DNA of 64,000 nucleotides, taken from a virus. The DNA is taken from the IMG/VR virus record IMGVR_UViG_3300048838_001273, positions 14,902 through 78,901 of that record; one strand, 5' to 3'. Shown here piece after piece: positions 30,847-41,503 of the stretch; within the stretch, counting starts at the first letter, position 1, and each line of letters starts with the position of its first letter. The position numbers and the translations under genes are program-made. Under the pieces are notes generated by a model, which saw only the letters and a program-made list of their open reading frames with translations, made no database searches and had not been told where the DNA came from.

Positions 30847-33800
30847 TTAGTTAACGAAAGAGAAGACGTACCATGAACCCAAAGCAGCATTCCAAACAAT
30901 TTCAAGTGCACCACCATCTGTGTTGATTAAAGCTGAGTTTGTGCTATTATCAATCTCATCACCAACAGCAGGTGCAATCTCAATAGGATAACTCATTGCA
31001 GCACTTGCAGCATCTTTAATTCTGAACACCTGTCCATCAGTTATTGTTGAACCGGAAGGTAAGGTAATTGTTATACCACTTGTTGGTGAATTAACTAACT
31101 GTACGTATGTACTACCAGATGTTAAAGTAACATTGGTAGTTACGACTGTCATTGCGTAGATGTTATTCTTATCACCAAGTTCTGAACCACTAACGGTTCT
31201 TACTTCACCACCACTTGTTCTTACAAGAACACTATCGCTTGTTGAACCAGCAGCAGGTGTTGTTGCTAAACAAACAGAACCATAAATTGTTGTATTTGAA
31301 CCACTTAATGTGATAACACCAGTATCAAATGTTGCGCAAGTATCACTATTAGTAAGTTTAAGAGCACTACCTTGCATATCAACACATGAACTACCGTTTT
31401 CGATTTGAACGCAGTCACTTGCAGGTGTTAATCTAATAAAGTTCGTTGAACAAGCATCTAATGAAATGACATTTGTTGAACCATTGACACTTATAGAAGA
31501 GTTGCTTGCCGAAACATCACCAAGGGTAACGTTTCCACTTGTTGAAATATCCAAACCAAATCCACCTGCACTTTCACAAACTCTAAAGGATTTATCAGCA
31601 ACATTAATTGTTGTGTTTTCAGTTAATGTACCACCAAGACAAACAACACCACTGGTATTTGTTAAACCATTTGTGAATGTAACAGCACTCACTGAAATTT
31701 GAGAATCAACATATTCTTTATCAACAAGTGAACGGTCAGTAAATGTTCCATGATAACAAGTAGCATATTCAATACCTGCTTCAGAACCACTTCTACCATC
31801 AGTCCAAACAGCATTACCACTACCATCAATAGTTAAATTACCAATTGCAGTACCTAATAAGATTTTACATATGCTTGATTGAATATTAATATCACCACTA
31901 TTTGCTGCTGGTGGTGTTGCACCTGCTGTATAAATATTAACATCGGTATTATAACCATACAAACAAATACCATCCATTGGATGGAAAACAATATTTTTAT
32001 CGTTTGTACCAGTATTTTCACCAATAATTACAGTACCATTAGAGCAAACATGTAAACCAGTGTCAACCATACCACCACCAGTGGTTACGTTAAAACTATA
32101 TGTAGTATCAGTACTAATACCAGTATTTTCAGTTAAATTACCACCAAGACAAACAGCACCACTGGTTAATGTTAAACCATTTGTGAATGTTGCAGCACTC
32201 GCTGAAATTTGTGAATCAACATAACACTTAGAAACGAGCGAATCATCTTGGAAAGTCAAACTATAATCAGCAGCGTATTGAATACCATAACCATTTCCAC
32301 TGTTATCAGTGAAGATATTACCAGCAGCAGTAAGACAAAGCACACCACTATCGCTTGCACCTATTTCAACTTCCTCGCTTGAATTAGCAAAAATGTGTAT
32401 ACCATTACCTGCCGTTATATTTGTATTATTTGTTACTATATTAAGAGGATTTGCATTGAATATACCGCCATTCATCGGTCCTAAACAAATATAACCAGAA
32501 CTTTCATCAATATTACCTAAAATCGGCTGACCATCAGCATCAATACATAAACCAGTACCACTACCATTATCAATAGTGAAACCATAAATTCCAGTCATAT
32601 CAATATAGGTATTTTCAGTTAATTGACCACCAAGACAAACAACACCACTGGTATTTGTTAAACCATTTGTGAATGTAACAGCACTCGCTGAAATTTGTGA
32701 ATCAACATAACATTTAGAAACAAGTGAATTGCCAACAAATGTTAAGCTATAATCGGCAGCATATTCAATACCCGTAGTACCAAGACTTGTAAATACTGTA
32801 CAGCTACCATCCATAAGTAAAGTATCAGCACCTGATTTAAGTGTAATACATTGGTCATTCTCCAATCTAATACATGTATTGGTTTGACAAAATTCTTGTA
32901 CACCCGAACTGACAAAATTTGATGTGCAACCACTTGTCAATTTAAACGAATTATTACACATGCTTATATTTACACAAGTATTATCAACATCAATCTCAGA
33001 ATTACCATTATATAAACTAATTAATTTTGTTGCTGGGTCAATGTATACCTCAGTTGTTCCATCACCAATTGTCAAATTAAATGTACTTGGATTGATTGTT
33101 GTGTTACCTGTTAATGTACCACCAAGTTTAACATCATGTGCACCTGATTTACTTAAACCGTTTGTTGCACCAGTCACATAATCAGCTTCGATTGTATCGA
33201 GTCTTGAATCCAAACCACTCGTTAAACCAGTTACATAACCAGCGTCTACAAGTGAACGTGCAACAAAACTTCCACTATAATTATCACCATAAATAACACC
33301 TTGTTTTACTGTGGTACTACTATCGATAATTCTTAAATTAGTACCTTCCACAATTGTTATATCTGTTGCTTGACATAATGAACCACCAAGACCAACAACA
33401 CCTGTGGTATATTCAGTTAAACCATTTGTTACACCTGAAAGTACACCACCTAATTGTGTGTTAATATCACTAACATTTACGTCAATAACACCTGCACTCC
33501 AATCTAAAGCGTTACCTGCAATTGCTGAATTTACTGTTAATCCGGTTGACAATAATTGTAAACCTGAATTATCTGCTAAATCAATTTTTAAATCGCCACT
33601 ACTAAATTCAAGACCTGAGTTACTTGCCAATTCAACATTAATTTCTTTGGTCTCTCCTGTGGTATCAATTCTAATACCATCACCAGCACTTACATCAAGT
33701 AATTGTGAGAATTTAGTAAACACTAAATCTGTTAAACCTAAAGTAATTGGGTCTTTTGAAATAAGTATCCAAGAACTATTAATATTTGTACTACCACTTA

Positions 33801-36450
33801 ATACTGGTATTAATGCACCCTCACTTACTTCACCATCAGGACTATCATCAAAATCTGATGAACGTGTCCAAGTACCACCAGAATTAACAATATAAATACC
33901 GTTTTCAGTTTCATCTGTTTGGTCTTTTACAAGAACCCTTTCACCACCAAGAAGCGATATACCATCAATTGTTTCTGTTCCACTTAAATCTAAGTTAGAA
34001 CCTGTTGTTGCTACCAATACTGCTGATTTTGGGTCTAAACCTGCTGCAACAGTATCTACATATAATTTTGTCACAAGTGAACTATCTTGGAAAGTTGTAC
34101 TATAATCTGTAGTATAACGTAAACCTCTTAAATCACTTGTGGTTATTGTACCACCAGAAAGTGACATTACTAAATTAGCGTCACTTGTAATTTCAACATT
34201 TCCTGATGTATGAACATCAAGTAAATCTAATTTACTACCTGAAGTACCTAATGATAAGTCAAATGCACCAGTAATTTCAGTATCTTCAGTTAATGCACCA
34301 CCAAGAATAGCATTTTGTCCATCAGTACTTAAACCGTTTGTAGCACCAGTAAGACCACCAAGTGAACTTAAAGTAGTTTTTGAAATCGAACCATCAGACG
34401 GGTCAAAAGTAAGTACATCACCAGCAAAGTTTGCGGGAGTTGTTTTTAATCTAACCTCACCAGTTAAATTAACGCCTGTACTACCAGTTAAATTAGCCTG
34501 ATTAACATTAATATTTAATGTTTGTGAACCGTATATTGTTGTGGTTTCAGTTAAAGCACCACCAAGTTGAACATCAACACCATCAACATTTAAACCATTA
34601 CTTGCGGTTACACCACTTGCAGCAACTAAATCATCAACATATTGCTTTGTAACAAGAGTACGGTCAAGGAAAGTACTTTCATAATCTCCACCATATGTTA
34701 AACCGGAATTGGTTATATTAACACATTTTCCCTGACGATGAACTAATTTAAAATCGTTTCCACTGTTGGTTAAATAAATACAAGAACCATTGAAATTCAA
34801 TATTGTACCTAATGAACTAAATTGACTTGTTGCTGTTCCAGAGTTAAAATTAAGACTTCCAGAATCCAAGCAAATAGTTGTATTAGCAGCTAAAGAACCA
34901 CCAAGACACACATTTCTACCTGTTTTACCTAAACCACTTGTTGCCCCCGTAACTGCAATATCTGTAACTTCTTCAATATCATCAAGTCTTGTATCAGTTG
35001 CACCACTCCATGTTTGAAGGTCATCAATTTCACCTTCAATACCAATCAATCTCGTATTTGTAGTACCTGTATATGAATTGAAAGTAGTTATTGCTAATTT
35101 AGTATCGGTTTGACCACTTAAATAGTCGATGTCATCCTCAATACCTTCAAGTCTTGTATCGGTTGTTGCAGTATATCCAGTGAAAACATCTGCATCGAGT
35201 TTATCATCAATATTTTCAACCTGAATTACTTGTGCATCGGTCAAGTGATTATATTCACCTGCAGTACCACCCTGAATTCCACCTAAATCATTGTGAGTTG
35301 CAACACTCTGTGTTACAAAAACCTGTTCATATGCAGAGTCTACTTCAACAATTGTTGAATTACCTTCTTGTACAATAACTCTTGCACTAAGAGTTGCATA
35401 ACCTGAAACAACTGGAGGTAATGCTGCAGGTGGTGTTGCAAGTTGCGCTTGAGTTAAGCCTGAATACTGATTTGTATCATAAACAACATGAATACTACCA
35501 TCATGAACCACATATACCCAACGAATTGTATAATATCCGGTACTTAAAGAAGTAACAGAAGTACTATTTTGGTTATAATTTGTATTATTTATATTACCAC
35601 TTGTAATATTTGGAGCATTCCAAGTACCTGCAATTCTATACCATTCTCTGAAATCATCGGTTATACTATCAAAATCTTCTGTGGTAAATCTATTAAGAAC
35701 TTCTGCCCATAATACACCTGCACTAACTTGAATAGTTAAACCTGAAACACTTGTTGTAACCAAACCGCTTGCTCTCTGAACACCATAAACTTGGTCACCA
35801 TATAGGTGAAGTCTACGATTAAGATTCCAAAGATTTTGTCCACAAAGTCTAATGATTGTAAGATTCAACGTATCGTCATGAAAAACTCTACCTAAGTTGA
35901 AATTGTCATTACGTTGAATTTGTGCTTCATTTGTACTTGCTTTAATTTGCTTATCAACTGCATCATAATAAATATATGAATATCCATCTGCAATTGCTAA
36001 GTTTGATACAGCATTCCAAGTAACATATCTGTTTTGTGCAGTATCACCAGTACCATCTTTAATCAAACCTGTACCTGCTGCTACGTTTACACTTGCACCC
36101 ACTCCTTGTGTTATCGTTCCACCACTGATACGACCTGCTGATTCAACGGTATCATACCATGTTTTTAAATTTAAACCTGTTTCAGTTGTACCTGACATCC
36201 AGACTTTATCATATGTTGCTGTAGCATCAGTTGAATTATCTTTAGGTACGAGGTCACCATTACCTATACCGTCTTTGTACCAGTATTCCTCACCAGCAAT
36301 ATTTACTGTTAAGCCAGTATATCTCAAGTTACTTGCTATTGCAGCATTTGCTGTTGAAACATCAGCATATGGTGTTAAATTATTAAGATATCTTGCATCG
36401 GTTGGTTTCCCAGCAAGTACTTGTATGTTATCATTTAAATTAATTGCCAT
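30847..36450 (-). CDS. Giant modular tail fibre protein (1867 aa)
   Basis: Repeated TNGL..V.LGG.L...T.I and GI.Y..DYS..F...SLV.K.YVD modules; fibre domains shared with neighbouring genes. Confidence 0.75.
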   Translation of the reverse strand: MAINLNDNIQVLAGKPTDARYLNNLTPYADVSTANAAIASNLRYTGLTVNIAGEEYWYKDGIGNGDLVPKDNSTDATATYDKVWMSGTTETGLNLKTWYDTVESAGRISGGTITQGVGASVNVAAGTGLIKDGTGDTAQNRYVTWNAVSNLAIADGYSYIYYDAVDKQIKASTNEAQIQRNDNFNLGRVFHDDTLNLTIIRLCGQNLWNLNRRLHLYGDQVYGVQRASGLVTTSVSGLTIQVSAGVLWAEVLNRFTTEDFDSITDDFREWYRIAGTWNAPNITSGNINNTNYNQNSTSVTSLSTGYYTIRWVYVVHDGSIHVVYDTNQYSGLTQAQLATPPAALPPVVSGYATLSARVIVQEGNSTIVEVDSAYEQVFVTQSVATHNDLGGIQGGTAGEYNHLTDAQVIQVENIDDKLDADVFTGYTATTDTRLEGIEDDIDYLSGQTDTKLAITTFNSYTGTTNTRLIGIEGEIDDLQTWSGATDTRLDDIEEVTDIAVTGATSGLGKTGRNVCLGGSLAANTTICLDSGSLNFNSGTATSQFSSLGTILNFNGSCIYLTNSGNDFKLVHRQGKCVNITNSGLTYGGDYESTFLDRTLVTKQYVDDLVAASGVTASNGLNVDGVDVQLGGALTETTTIYGSQTLNINVNQANLTGSTGVNLTGEVRLKTTPANFAGDVLTFDPSDGSISKTTLSSLGGLTGATNGLSTDGQNAILGGALTEDTEITGAFDLSLGTSGSKLDLLDVHTSGNVEITSDANLVMSLSGGTITTSDLRGLRYTTDYSTTFQDSSLVTKLYVDTVAAGLDPKSAVLVATTGSNLDLSGTETIDGISLLGGERVLVKDQTDETENGIYIVNSGGTWTRSSDFDDSPDGEVSEGALIPVLSGSTNINSSWILISKDPITLGLTDLVFTKFSQLLDVSAGDGIRIDTTGETKEINVELASNSGLEFSSGDLKIDLADNSGLQLLSTGLTVNSAIAGNALDWSAGVIDVNVSDINTQLGGVLSGVTNGLTEYTTGVVGLGGSLCQATDITIVEGTNLRIIDSSTTVKQGVIYGDNYSGSFVARSLVDAGYVTGLTSGLDSRLDTIEADYVTGATNGLSKSGAHDVKLGGTLTGNTTINPSTFNLTIGDGTTEVYIDPATKLISLYNGNSEIDVDNTCVNISMCNNSFKLTSGCTSNFVSSGVQEFCQTNTCIRLENDQCITLKSGADTLLMDGSCTVFTSLGTTGIEYAADYSLTFVGNSLVSKCYVDSQISASAVTFTNGLTNTSGVVCLGGQLTENTYIDMTGIYGFTIDNGSGTGLCIDADGQPILGNIDESSGYICLGPMNGGIFNANPLNIVTNNTNITAGNGIHIFANSSEEVEIGASDSGVLCLTAAGNIFTDNSGNGYGIQYAADYSLTFQDDSLVSKCYVDSQISASAATFTNGLTLTSGAVCLGGNLTENTGISTDTTYSFNVTTGGGMVDTGLHVCSNGTVIIGENTGTNDKNIVFHPMDGICLYGYNTDVNIYTAGATPPAANSGDINIQSSICKILLGTAIGNLTIDGSGNAVWTDGRSGSEAGIEYATCYHGTFTDRSLVDKEYVDSQISVSAVTFTNGLTNTSGVVCLGGTLTENTTINVADKSFRVCESAGGFGLDISTSGNVTLGDVSASNSSISVNGSTNVISLDACSTNFIRLTPASDCVQIENGSSCVDMQGSALKLTNSDTCATFDTGVITLSGSNTTIYGSVCLATTPAAGSTSDSVLVRTSGGEVRTVSGSELGDKNNIYAMTVVTTNVTLTSGSTYVQLVNSPTSGITITLPSGSTITDGQVFRIKDAASAAMSYPIEIAPAVGDEIDNSTNSALINTDGGALEIVWNAALGSWYVFSFVN
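31600..32770 (-). repeat. Three dispersed near-identical intragenic repeats
   Basis: YVDSQIS(A/V)SA(V/A)TFTNGLT(N/L)TSG(V/A)VCLGG.LTENT at ~31620-31715, ~32125-32225 and ~32612-32710, nearly identical in DNA. Confidence 0.75.
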
Positions 36451-36482
36451 TTTTTCTTGTTTTTATATTTTCCGTTTTATTA

Positions 36483-37532
36483 TTATTGTTGTGCTGTGTT
36501 TGTCATACAATATGCATTTGCACTGGTATCAGTCGGATAGTTACTTATATATATCTTATAACTCTGACCACTCCAACATGACTCAGGCGAGTTAACGCTT
36601 ACAGTACTTGGCGCATCAAATAAATCTGCAGGACTGCCAATGTTACCTTTATTGGTAGGACCTTCATACCAACCTAATTTAGTTGTACTTGCAGCAGGTG
36701 TTGCGAACCATAAATATTTATTAGTTTGTGAACCATATGTGATATTTATTTGTGCTGTACTTGTTGCAACAACCTTACTACCTGTAGCAAGCAATGCTGA
36801 ATCTGCTGTTGGTTCGCTTGCGCTCACACCATAAAAATATGGGTATAATCCGGTTAACGAAGCATTACTTGCTGTTGTATTTCCAGCACCCAATGGTGAA
36901 CTAAAATCATTATCTTTATTTGATTTTGGTTGAACACCAGCATCATAGAATGTACATGAACCCCAAGTATTTGCACCAGCACCTACAGTATAACCTGTTA
37001 CTTCTTTAATTACGGGCGATGTTGTACATGAATATGTGCCAGCAACCTGTGTACCACTAAAAACATAACTATTTGCTGCACCACTTCTAAATGGTGAAGC
37101 ACTACAACCTTGTGGGTTAATACTACCCCTACTAAATGTACTTGTTACATTAATTGATGGTAATACACAACCAACTTCACGTGTACCAGTTTGAGACAAC
37201 GATGTTGATGTTGAGGGAGCAGTAAGTGTTCCACAAATTTCAGGAAACAATAAATCCTGAATAATTTCATTACTTGTTTTTCCGGTTAACACATAACCAA
37301 CATCAATTCCACCAACAGCAACTGCAGCAGGTGATAATAATGGTGGTAAATATACTGTACTACCAGTAGCTGTAACGATATTATCATCAACATATTTTTT
37401 GTCAACGATTTGTGTATCACCAGTAAATGTTGGATGAGAACCGTATCTTGTATTACCGCTAAGAGTTAGGGTAGTACCAACGCTTTGTTCAACATGTTGG
37501 TCATCTATTTTAATTTTTGTATTAAAAGCCAT
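36483..37532 (-). CDS. Tail-associated structural protein
   Basis: 349 aa, closely paralogous to 39046..40203 (VGG...G, F.RG.INPQ.CSAS..RSGAA, YPYF.G, WFA.P, WSGQ.Y..YISNY). Confidence 0.65.
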   Translation of the reverse strand: MAFNTKIKIDDQHVEQSVGTTLTLSGNTRYGSHPTFTGDTQIVDKKYVDDNIVTATGSTVYLPPLLSPAAVAVGGIDVGYVLTGKTSNEIIQDLLFPEICGTLTAPSTSTSLSQTGTREVGCVLPSINVTSTFSRGSINPQGCSASPFRSGAANSYVFSGTQVAGTYSCTTSPVIKEVTGYTVGAGANTWGSCTFYDAGVQPKSNKDNDFSSPLGAGNTTASNASLTGLYPYFYGVSASEPTADSALLATGSKVVATSTAQINITYGSQTNKYLWFATPAASTTKLGWYEGPTNKGNIGSPADLFDAPSTVSVNSPESCWSGQSYKIYISNYPTDTSANAYCMTNTAQQ

Positions 37533-37626
37533 AGTTTTTGTTTTTATTTAATCTCTTATTATTATTTTTCTGTTTCTAATAAATAGTTTCAAAACGCATT
37601 AAGTCTTTTCACAACTGAAAATTTTT

Positions 37627-39033
37627 TTAATTTATAAATGCTGCAGTACTCCAAAAACATTTACTGTTGAAAATAAAGGTAATTGAGCCGTATTCTGTAT
37701 TAATTGTTGCCGTTGAGCCACCTACAATATGTTGTGATGGTACAGTAGAACATATACATATTGAATTACTTAAAGCATTTCCCGCAATATCTGAAACCAC
37801 AATTCTCTGTCCATCTTTTGGAGAAGCGGGTAAAAATATTGTAGTACCACCACTTGCACCAATAAAATCACTTTCAGTTGTTGCCGTATATCCCGTAGTT
37901 GTGAAATCAGCAACATTTAAAGTATTTCCACCCTGACTCTGAATAATTACAGTACTGCCAGATAGTGAAACCGATGTACTTCCACTACCAACAATATTTC
38001 TAAACTCTAATGTTTTATTATTTTTATTATCAAAAATACCAGTACCACCAGTAAATCCAATATTTGTTGCACCAGTTAACTCAACACCGCTACCACCACT
38101 TGAAGTAGAAAAGAATACCAAAGTATCACCGACTTGAGTGATATTTGTGTCTCCACTTCCAACAAGTGTACGGAATTGTAATGTAGTTCCGGTTCTTTGT
38201 TTAAAAACCTCATTACCTATACCAACGTTCTGTCCAGTTAAAACACTTGAAACACCAGAAAAATGAATGAAATTATCATCAAAAGTAATTCCCATTGTGT
38301 CTGGAGTATCATTAATTATTGTTCTTAAATGTAAATCCTGATTAGTTTTATTTCTATAAATTGGATTTCCTATTGTTAGTGTAGTACCAGTTGTAAGACT
38401 ACCAGTTGGAGTGACTGAATTACTACCATTTGTCGTAAATCCTGTCCACTGTGTATTGGTATATCCAACACCTGCGTAAGATACTGGTACAACTAAATCA
38501 CCAACACTTTCGGCAACATTACCATCCATGAGTGTCCAAGCAGAAGTGTCTTGATAAAATACCCATGACTTATTCTGTAATGGATTATAATAACCACGTC
38601 TTTGTGCTCCATTATATACAGGAGTTCCTATTCTTACTATATCTGAAGAATCTATGTAGTAATTATTATATTGTGAATAGTAAAATCCATCATATCCTGA
38701 AGGAAATGCACTTAATGCAAGTCTCTGCACACCAGTAAATCCACTAAAAAAACCTAAATTTGTTGCACCAGTAATAAAGTCACCAACAATTTGTTCCGAA
38801 GCATACTTCTTTTCAATTAAATCAATGTCAGCTACACCCGCATAATACCAGTATTCGGTATTACTGCTACCAGTATTAATAAGTACAGTTAAACCAATAT
38901 GTCTTTCAGGAATACTTATTGCTGCATTTACTGCTGCAACAGAAACATAAGCGGTATTTCCACTGCTTAAATATTTTGCATTAACAGGTTTACCCGCATT
39001 TATTCTAATATTATCATTTAAAATTATTGCCAT
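37627..39033 (-). CDS. Tail fibre-like protein
   Basis: N-terminus MAIILNDNI..GKP..A.YL and C-terminal LP..DGQ..D..A..I.I..INT..G domain, both shared with 30847..36450. Confidence 0.65.
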   Translation of the reverse strand: MAIILNDNIRINAGKPVNAKYLSSGNTAYVSVAAVNAAISIPERHIGLTVLINTGSSNTEYWYYAGVADIDLIEKKYASEQIVGDFITGATNLGFFSGFTGVQRLALSAFPSGYDGFYYSQYNNYYIDSSDIVRIGTPVYNGAQRRGYYNPLQNKSWVFYQDTSAWTLMDGNVAESVGDLVVPVSYAGVGYTNTQWTGFTTNGSNSVTPTGSLTTGTTLTIGNPIYRNKTNQDLHLRTIINDTPDTMGITFDDNFIHFSGVSSVLTGQNVGIGNEVFKQRTGTTLQFRTLVGSGDTNITQVGDTLVFFSTSSGGSGVELTGATNIGFTGGTGIFDNKNNKTLEFRNIVGSGSTSVSLSGSTVIIQSQGGNTLNVADFTTTGYTATTESDFIGASGGTTIFLPASPKDGQRIVVSDIAGNALSNSICICSTVPSQHIVGGSTATINTEYGSITFIFNSKCFWSTAAFIN

Positions 39034-39045
39034 TTTTATATGTTT

Positions 39046-40203
39046 TTAAATATTCCTTAATTGCATTACCGCAGTTGAACATGTTTGATAATTACTAATA
39101 TATGCTTGATATGTTTGACCACTCCAACATATTGTTGTTATGTCTGTAATATTTGAAGCAGCAGGAAATAAATTACCACCCGGACTCACAGCACCACCAA
39201 TACTTCCTTTATTTGTTGCGTCAACATACCAACAAGTTTTTGGTGTAGATGCGACTGGTATTGCAAACCATATATAATCATCTGGGGTACTACAAAAATT
39301 AATATTAATGGTGCTATTACTAAATCCCACATTTATGACAGGACCACTATTGACGTTTGAATTTCTACTTAAATCGGCAGCTATTATACAACTACATATT
39401 GTCGTATCTGTCGGTCTATTAACACCAGCAGGACAACCACCACTTGCAATTTTTCCGAAAAAGTATGGATATATACCACAAACACTTACAACTTGTGGAG
39501 CAGTTACACCCGAAGAAAGTGGTGTATTATACGCAGTACCTTCACTACCTAAAGGTTGAACGCCAGCAGCATATGTTACACATGCAAACGCACTTCTATT
39601 ACCAGCAGCCACAGTATATGAAGGAAACGGTGATACTGATATACTTGATGAACTGGTTACACATGAATGACCACTAAAATAAAAATCATTCCAAGTATAA
39701 CATGTTGCTGCTCCACTTCTTTTATCACTCGCACTACAATATTGAGGATTAATACAACCTCGATTAAATGAAAGTGTTGCAGATAATGAGTTTAAAACAC
39801 ATCCAACTTCATATGGATTTGTTACAGGCATTAAGAATGATGGCGAAGGTGCTGTAAGCGTACCAAATAATTCCGGTACTAATATACTTTGAAGTATATT
39901 TTGGATTGAAGTTCCACTTATTGAAGTTCCGGCAGGTAATCCACCAACAGTACATGTTGTAGGAGAAGCACCATAATAAAATCCACTACCACTACCACCA
40001 GATATTGGTGTTAATTTAATTTTAGTCCCATCGAACACCAACGCATCACCAGCAGCAGTTGTACCGCCAGAAGTAGCATCTATTTCAATACCTTTTGATT
40101 TTAAAACACCTGTAAAATCAGTCGTACCAGATAACGTCAACGTACTTCCAGTTAACTGCTTAAATTGTTCATCACTTAAATCAGGTCTTGCGAAGAATGG
40201 CAT
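39046..40203 (-). CDS. Tail-associated structural protein
   Basis: 385 aa paralogue of 36483..37532; first gene of the fibre cluster. Confidence 0.65.
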   Translation of the reverse strand: MPFFARPDLSDEQFKQLTGSTLTLSGTTDFTGVLKSKGIEIDATSGGTTAAGDALVFDGTKIKLTPISGGSGSGFYYGASPTTCTVGGLPAGTSISGTSIQNILQSILVPELFGTLTAPSPSFLMPVTNPYEVGCVLNSLSATLSFNRGCINPQYCSASDKRSGAATCYTWNDFYFSGHSCVTSSSSISVSPFPSYTVAAGNRSAFACVTYAAGVQPLGSEGTAYNTPLSSGVTAPQVVSVCGIYPYFFGKIASGGCPAGVNRPTDTTICSCIIAADLSRNSNVNSGPVINVGFSNSTININFCSTPDDYIWFAIPVASTPKTCWYVDATNKGSIGGAVSPGGNLFPAASNITDITTICWSGQTYQAYISNYQTCSTAVMQLRNI

Positions 40204-40344
40204 ATTTTTTAATTTAAATCTTTTATATTATTTTTCAAATTAAGCTAACTTAATGACCGTTCAGTAAGTTACCTAAACCGAAGTTTTCGCTTCGGTTTTA
40301 TTTATAATAAATACAAAAGAAAAGATTAAAAATTGCCGGAAATA

Positions 40345-40376
40345 AAAAAACCCCGAAAGATTTTTCTTCCGGGGTT
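40345..40376 (-). terminator. Intrinsic terminator closing the vWA-ARPP unit
   Basis: AACCCCGGAAGA-AAAA-TCTTTCGGGGTT followed by a T-tract. Confidence 0.7.
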
Positions 40377-40394
40377 GCTATATTAAAGATTGTC

Positions 40395-41492
40395 TTAAAG
40401 ACTAAATCTTTCTTGTTTTCTTGCTTTCTTCCTGAGTTCATTTACCTCACGAAGTGCATTTGGGTCGAACCTGTCACGTTTAACAACACTTACTAAGTGG
40501 TTAAATTCGTTTTCAGTAATTACCTGACCAACGTACCCTTCTGTTTTAAGAACAAAAGACTTTGGTGCAGTTCTTGAAGTTGACTGTCCTTCAGTATCTG
40601 CAGTTGCATTGAATGTAAGTTCAAGAAGTTCCTGAATCTTTTCATGCACGCTTGCGGTCATGGTCTGCTTTACTTTCTTCAAAGATTTTTCAAGCAAATC
40701 AATGATATTATCCTGATGACTTTTCTTCATTTCATTGTATGTTTCGGTGAAAACATTCATTGAAGTCCTATTCTTTAACTCGCTGATAATTGCAAGTGCA
40801 CCGTAACAATCACGAATCATCAAATCCCAAACCTGTTCAGCGTATGTGAATGAAGGAAATTTATCGACTGCGACAATTTCACCATCAATCAACACAACAA
40901 TACCGATAAGATTTTTTGGACGTTCGAAGTGTGCAATGAACTGTTCGAGTTTCTTGTCATACTTATTAAAGTAAACGTCCAAGTAATTACCGGAATTACA
41001 CTGAGTATCCTGTCCCAACTTCTGAATAGCAGGATAGATGTTACCGTGACCTGATGTTTGACCAACGGCATCGAATAACATTTCACGCATGGTTACTGGA
41101 ATCATACGGAATTCCTGAGTACCACGGAAGTGTCCAGTCTGTCCACCCTGTACACAACCAGCATCATGATATGTAGTTTGTGCTTTAGGTTCAACATAAC
41201 CTGCCTTCACCATACCGTGGTTCTGAGCACTCTGTTTTGTCATAACAGCCATCTGAGCAGGAAGAATAACTTCCTTATTCTCTTTATTGGTGAAACTGAT
41301 TTGACCATATGAACTGTTACCAGCAGTCAATGAAGTCAAAGGATTAGCAAAACGCTCGTCCAATGAGAATTCTTTGTCAGTTGTTAAACACACGATTTGC
41401 ATGTTCATAATTGACTGAACGATAATGTTACCTTCACTATCCTTGACAGGACGGCAACCTTTAAGTAATTCTGTGAAATCTCTTGTATTCAT
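40395..41492 (-). CDS. ARPP-like (DUF6569-like) domain protein
   Basis: Pattern Y..I.F.N....VILP......AQNH........CVQ..Q.G and GIVVLIDGEIVAVDKFPS..Y...W..LI..Y recalls ARPP-type domains; recognised by eye only. Confidence 0.55.
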   Translation of the reverse strand: MNTRDFTELLKGCRPVKDSEGNIIVQSIMNMQIVCLTTDKEFSLDERFANPLTSLTAGNSSYGQISFTNKENKEVILPAQMAVMTKQSAQNHGMVKAGYVEPKAQTTYHDAGCVQGGQTGHFRGTQEFRMIPVTMREMLFDAVGQTSGHGNIYPAIQKLGQDTQCNSGNYLDVYFNKYDKKLEQFIAHFERPKNLIGIVVLIDGEIVAVDKFPSFTYAEQVWDLMIRDCYGALAIISELKNRTSMNVFTETYNEMKKSHQDNIIDLLEKSLKKVKQTMTASVHEKIQELLELTFNATADTEGQSTSRTAPKSFVLKTEGYVGQVITENEFNHLVSVVKRDRFDPNALREVNELRKKARKQERFSL

Positions 41493-41503
41493 GTTTTTAA
41501 TTT

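Noticed and set aside
31600-32770. Diversity-generating retroelement TR/VR pair
   Set aside because: All copies are in-frame internal repeats, differences are not confined to adenines, and no reverse transcriptase is in the window
21296-33400. Reassignment of Cys codons explaining the Cys excess
   Set aside because: Cys is used normally in conserved motifs elsewhere (SSB CPLC, QueC-like zinc site, GCFD), and the excess is restricted to some tail proteins
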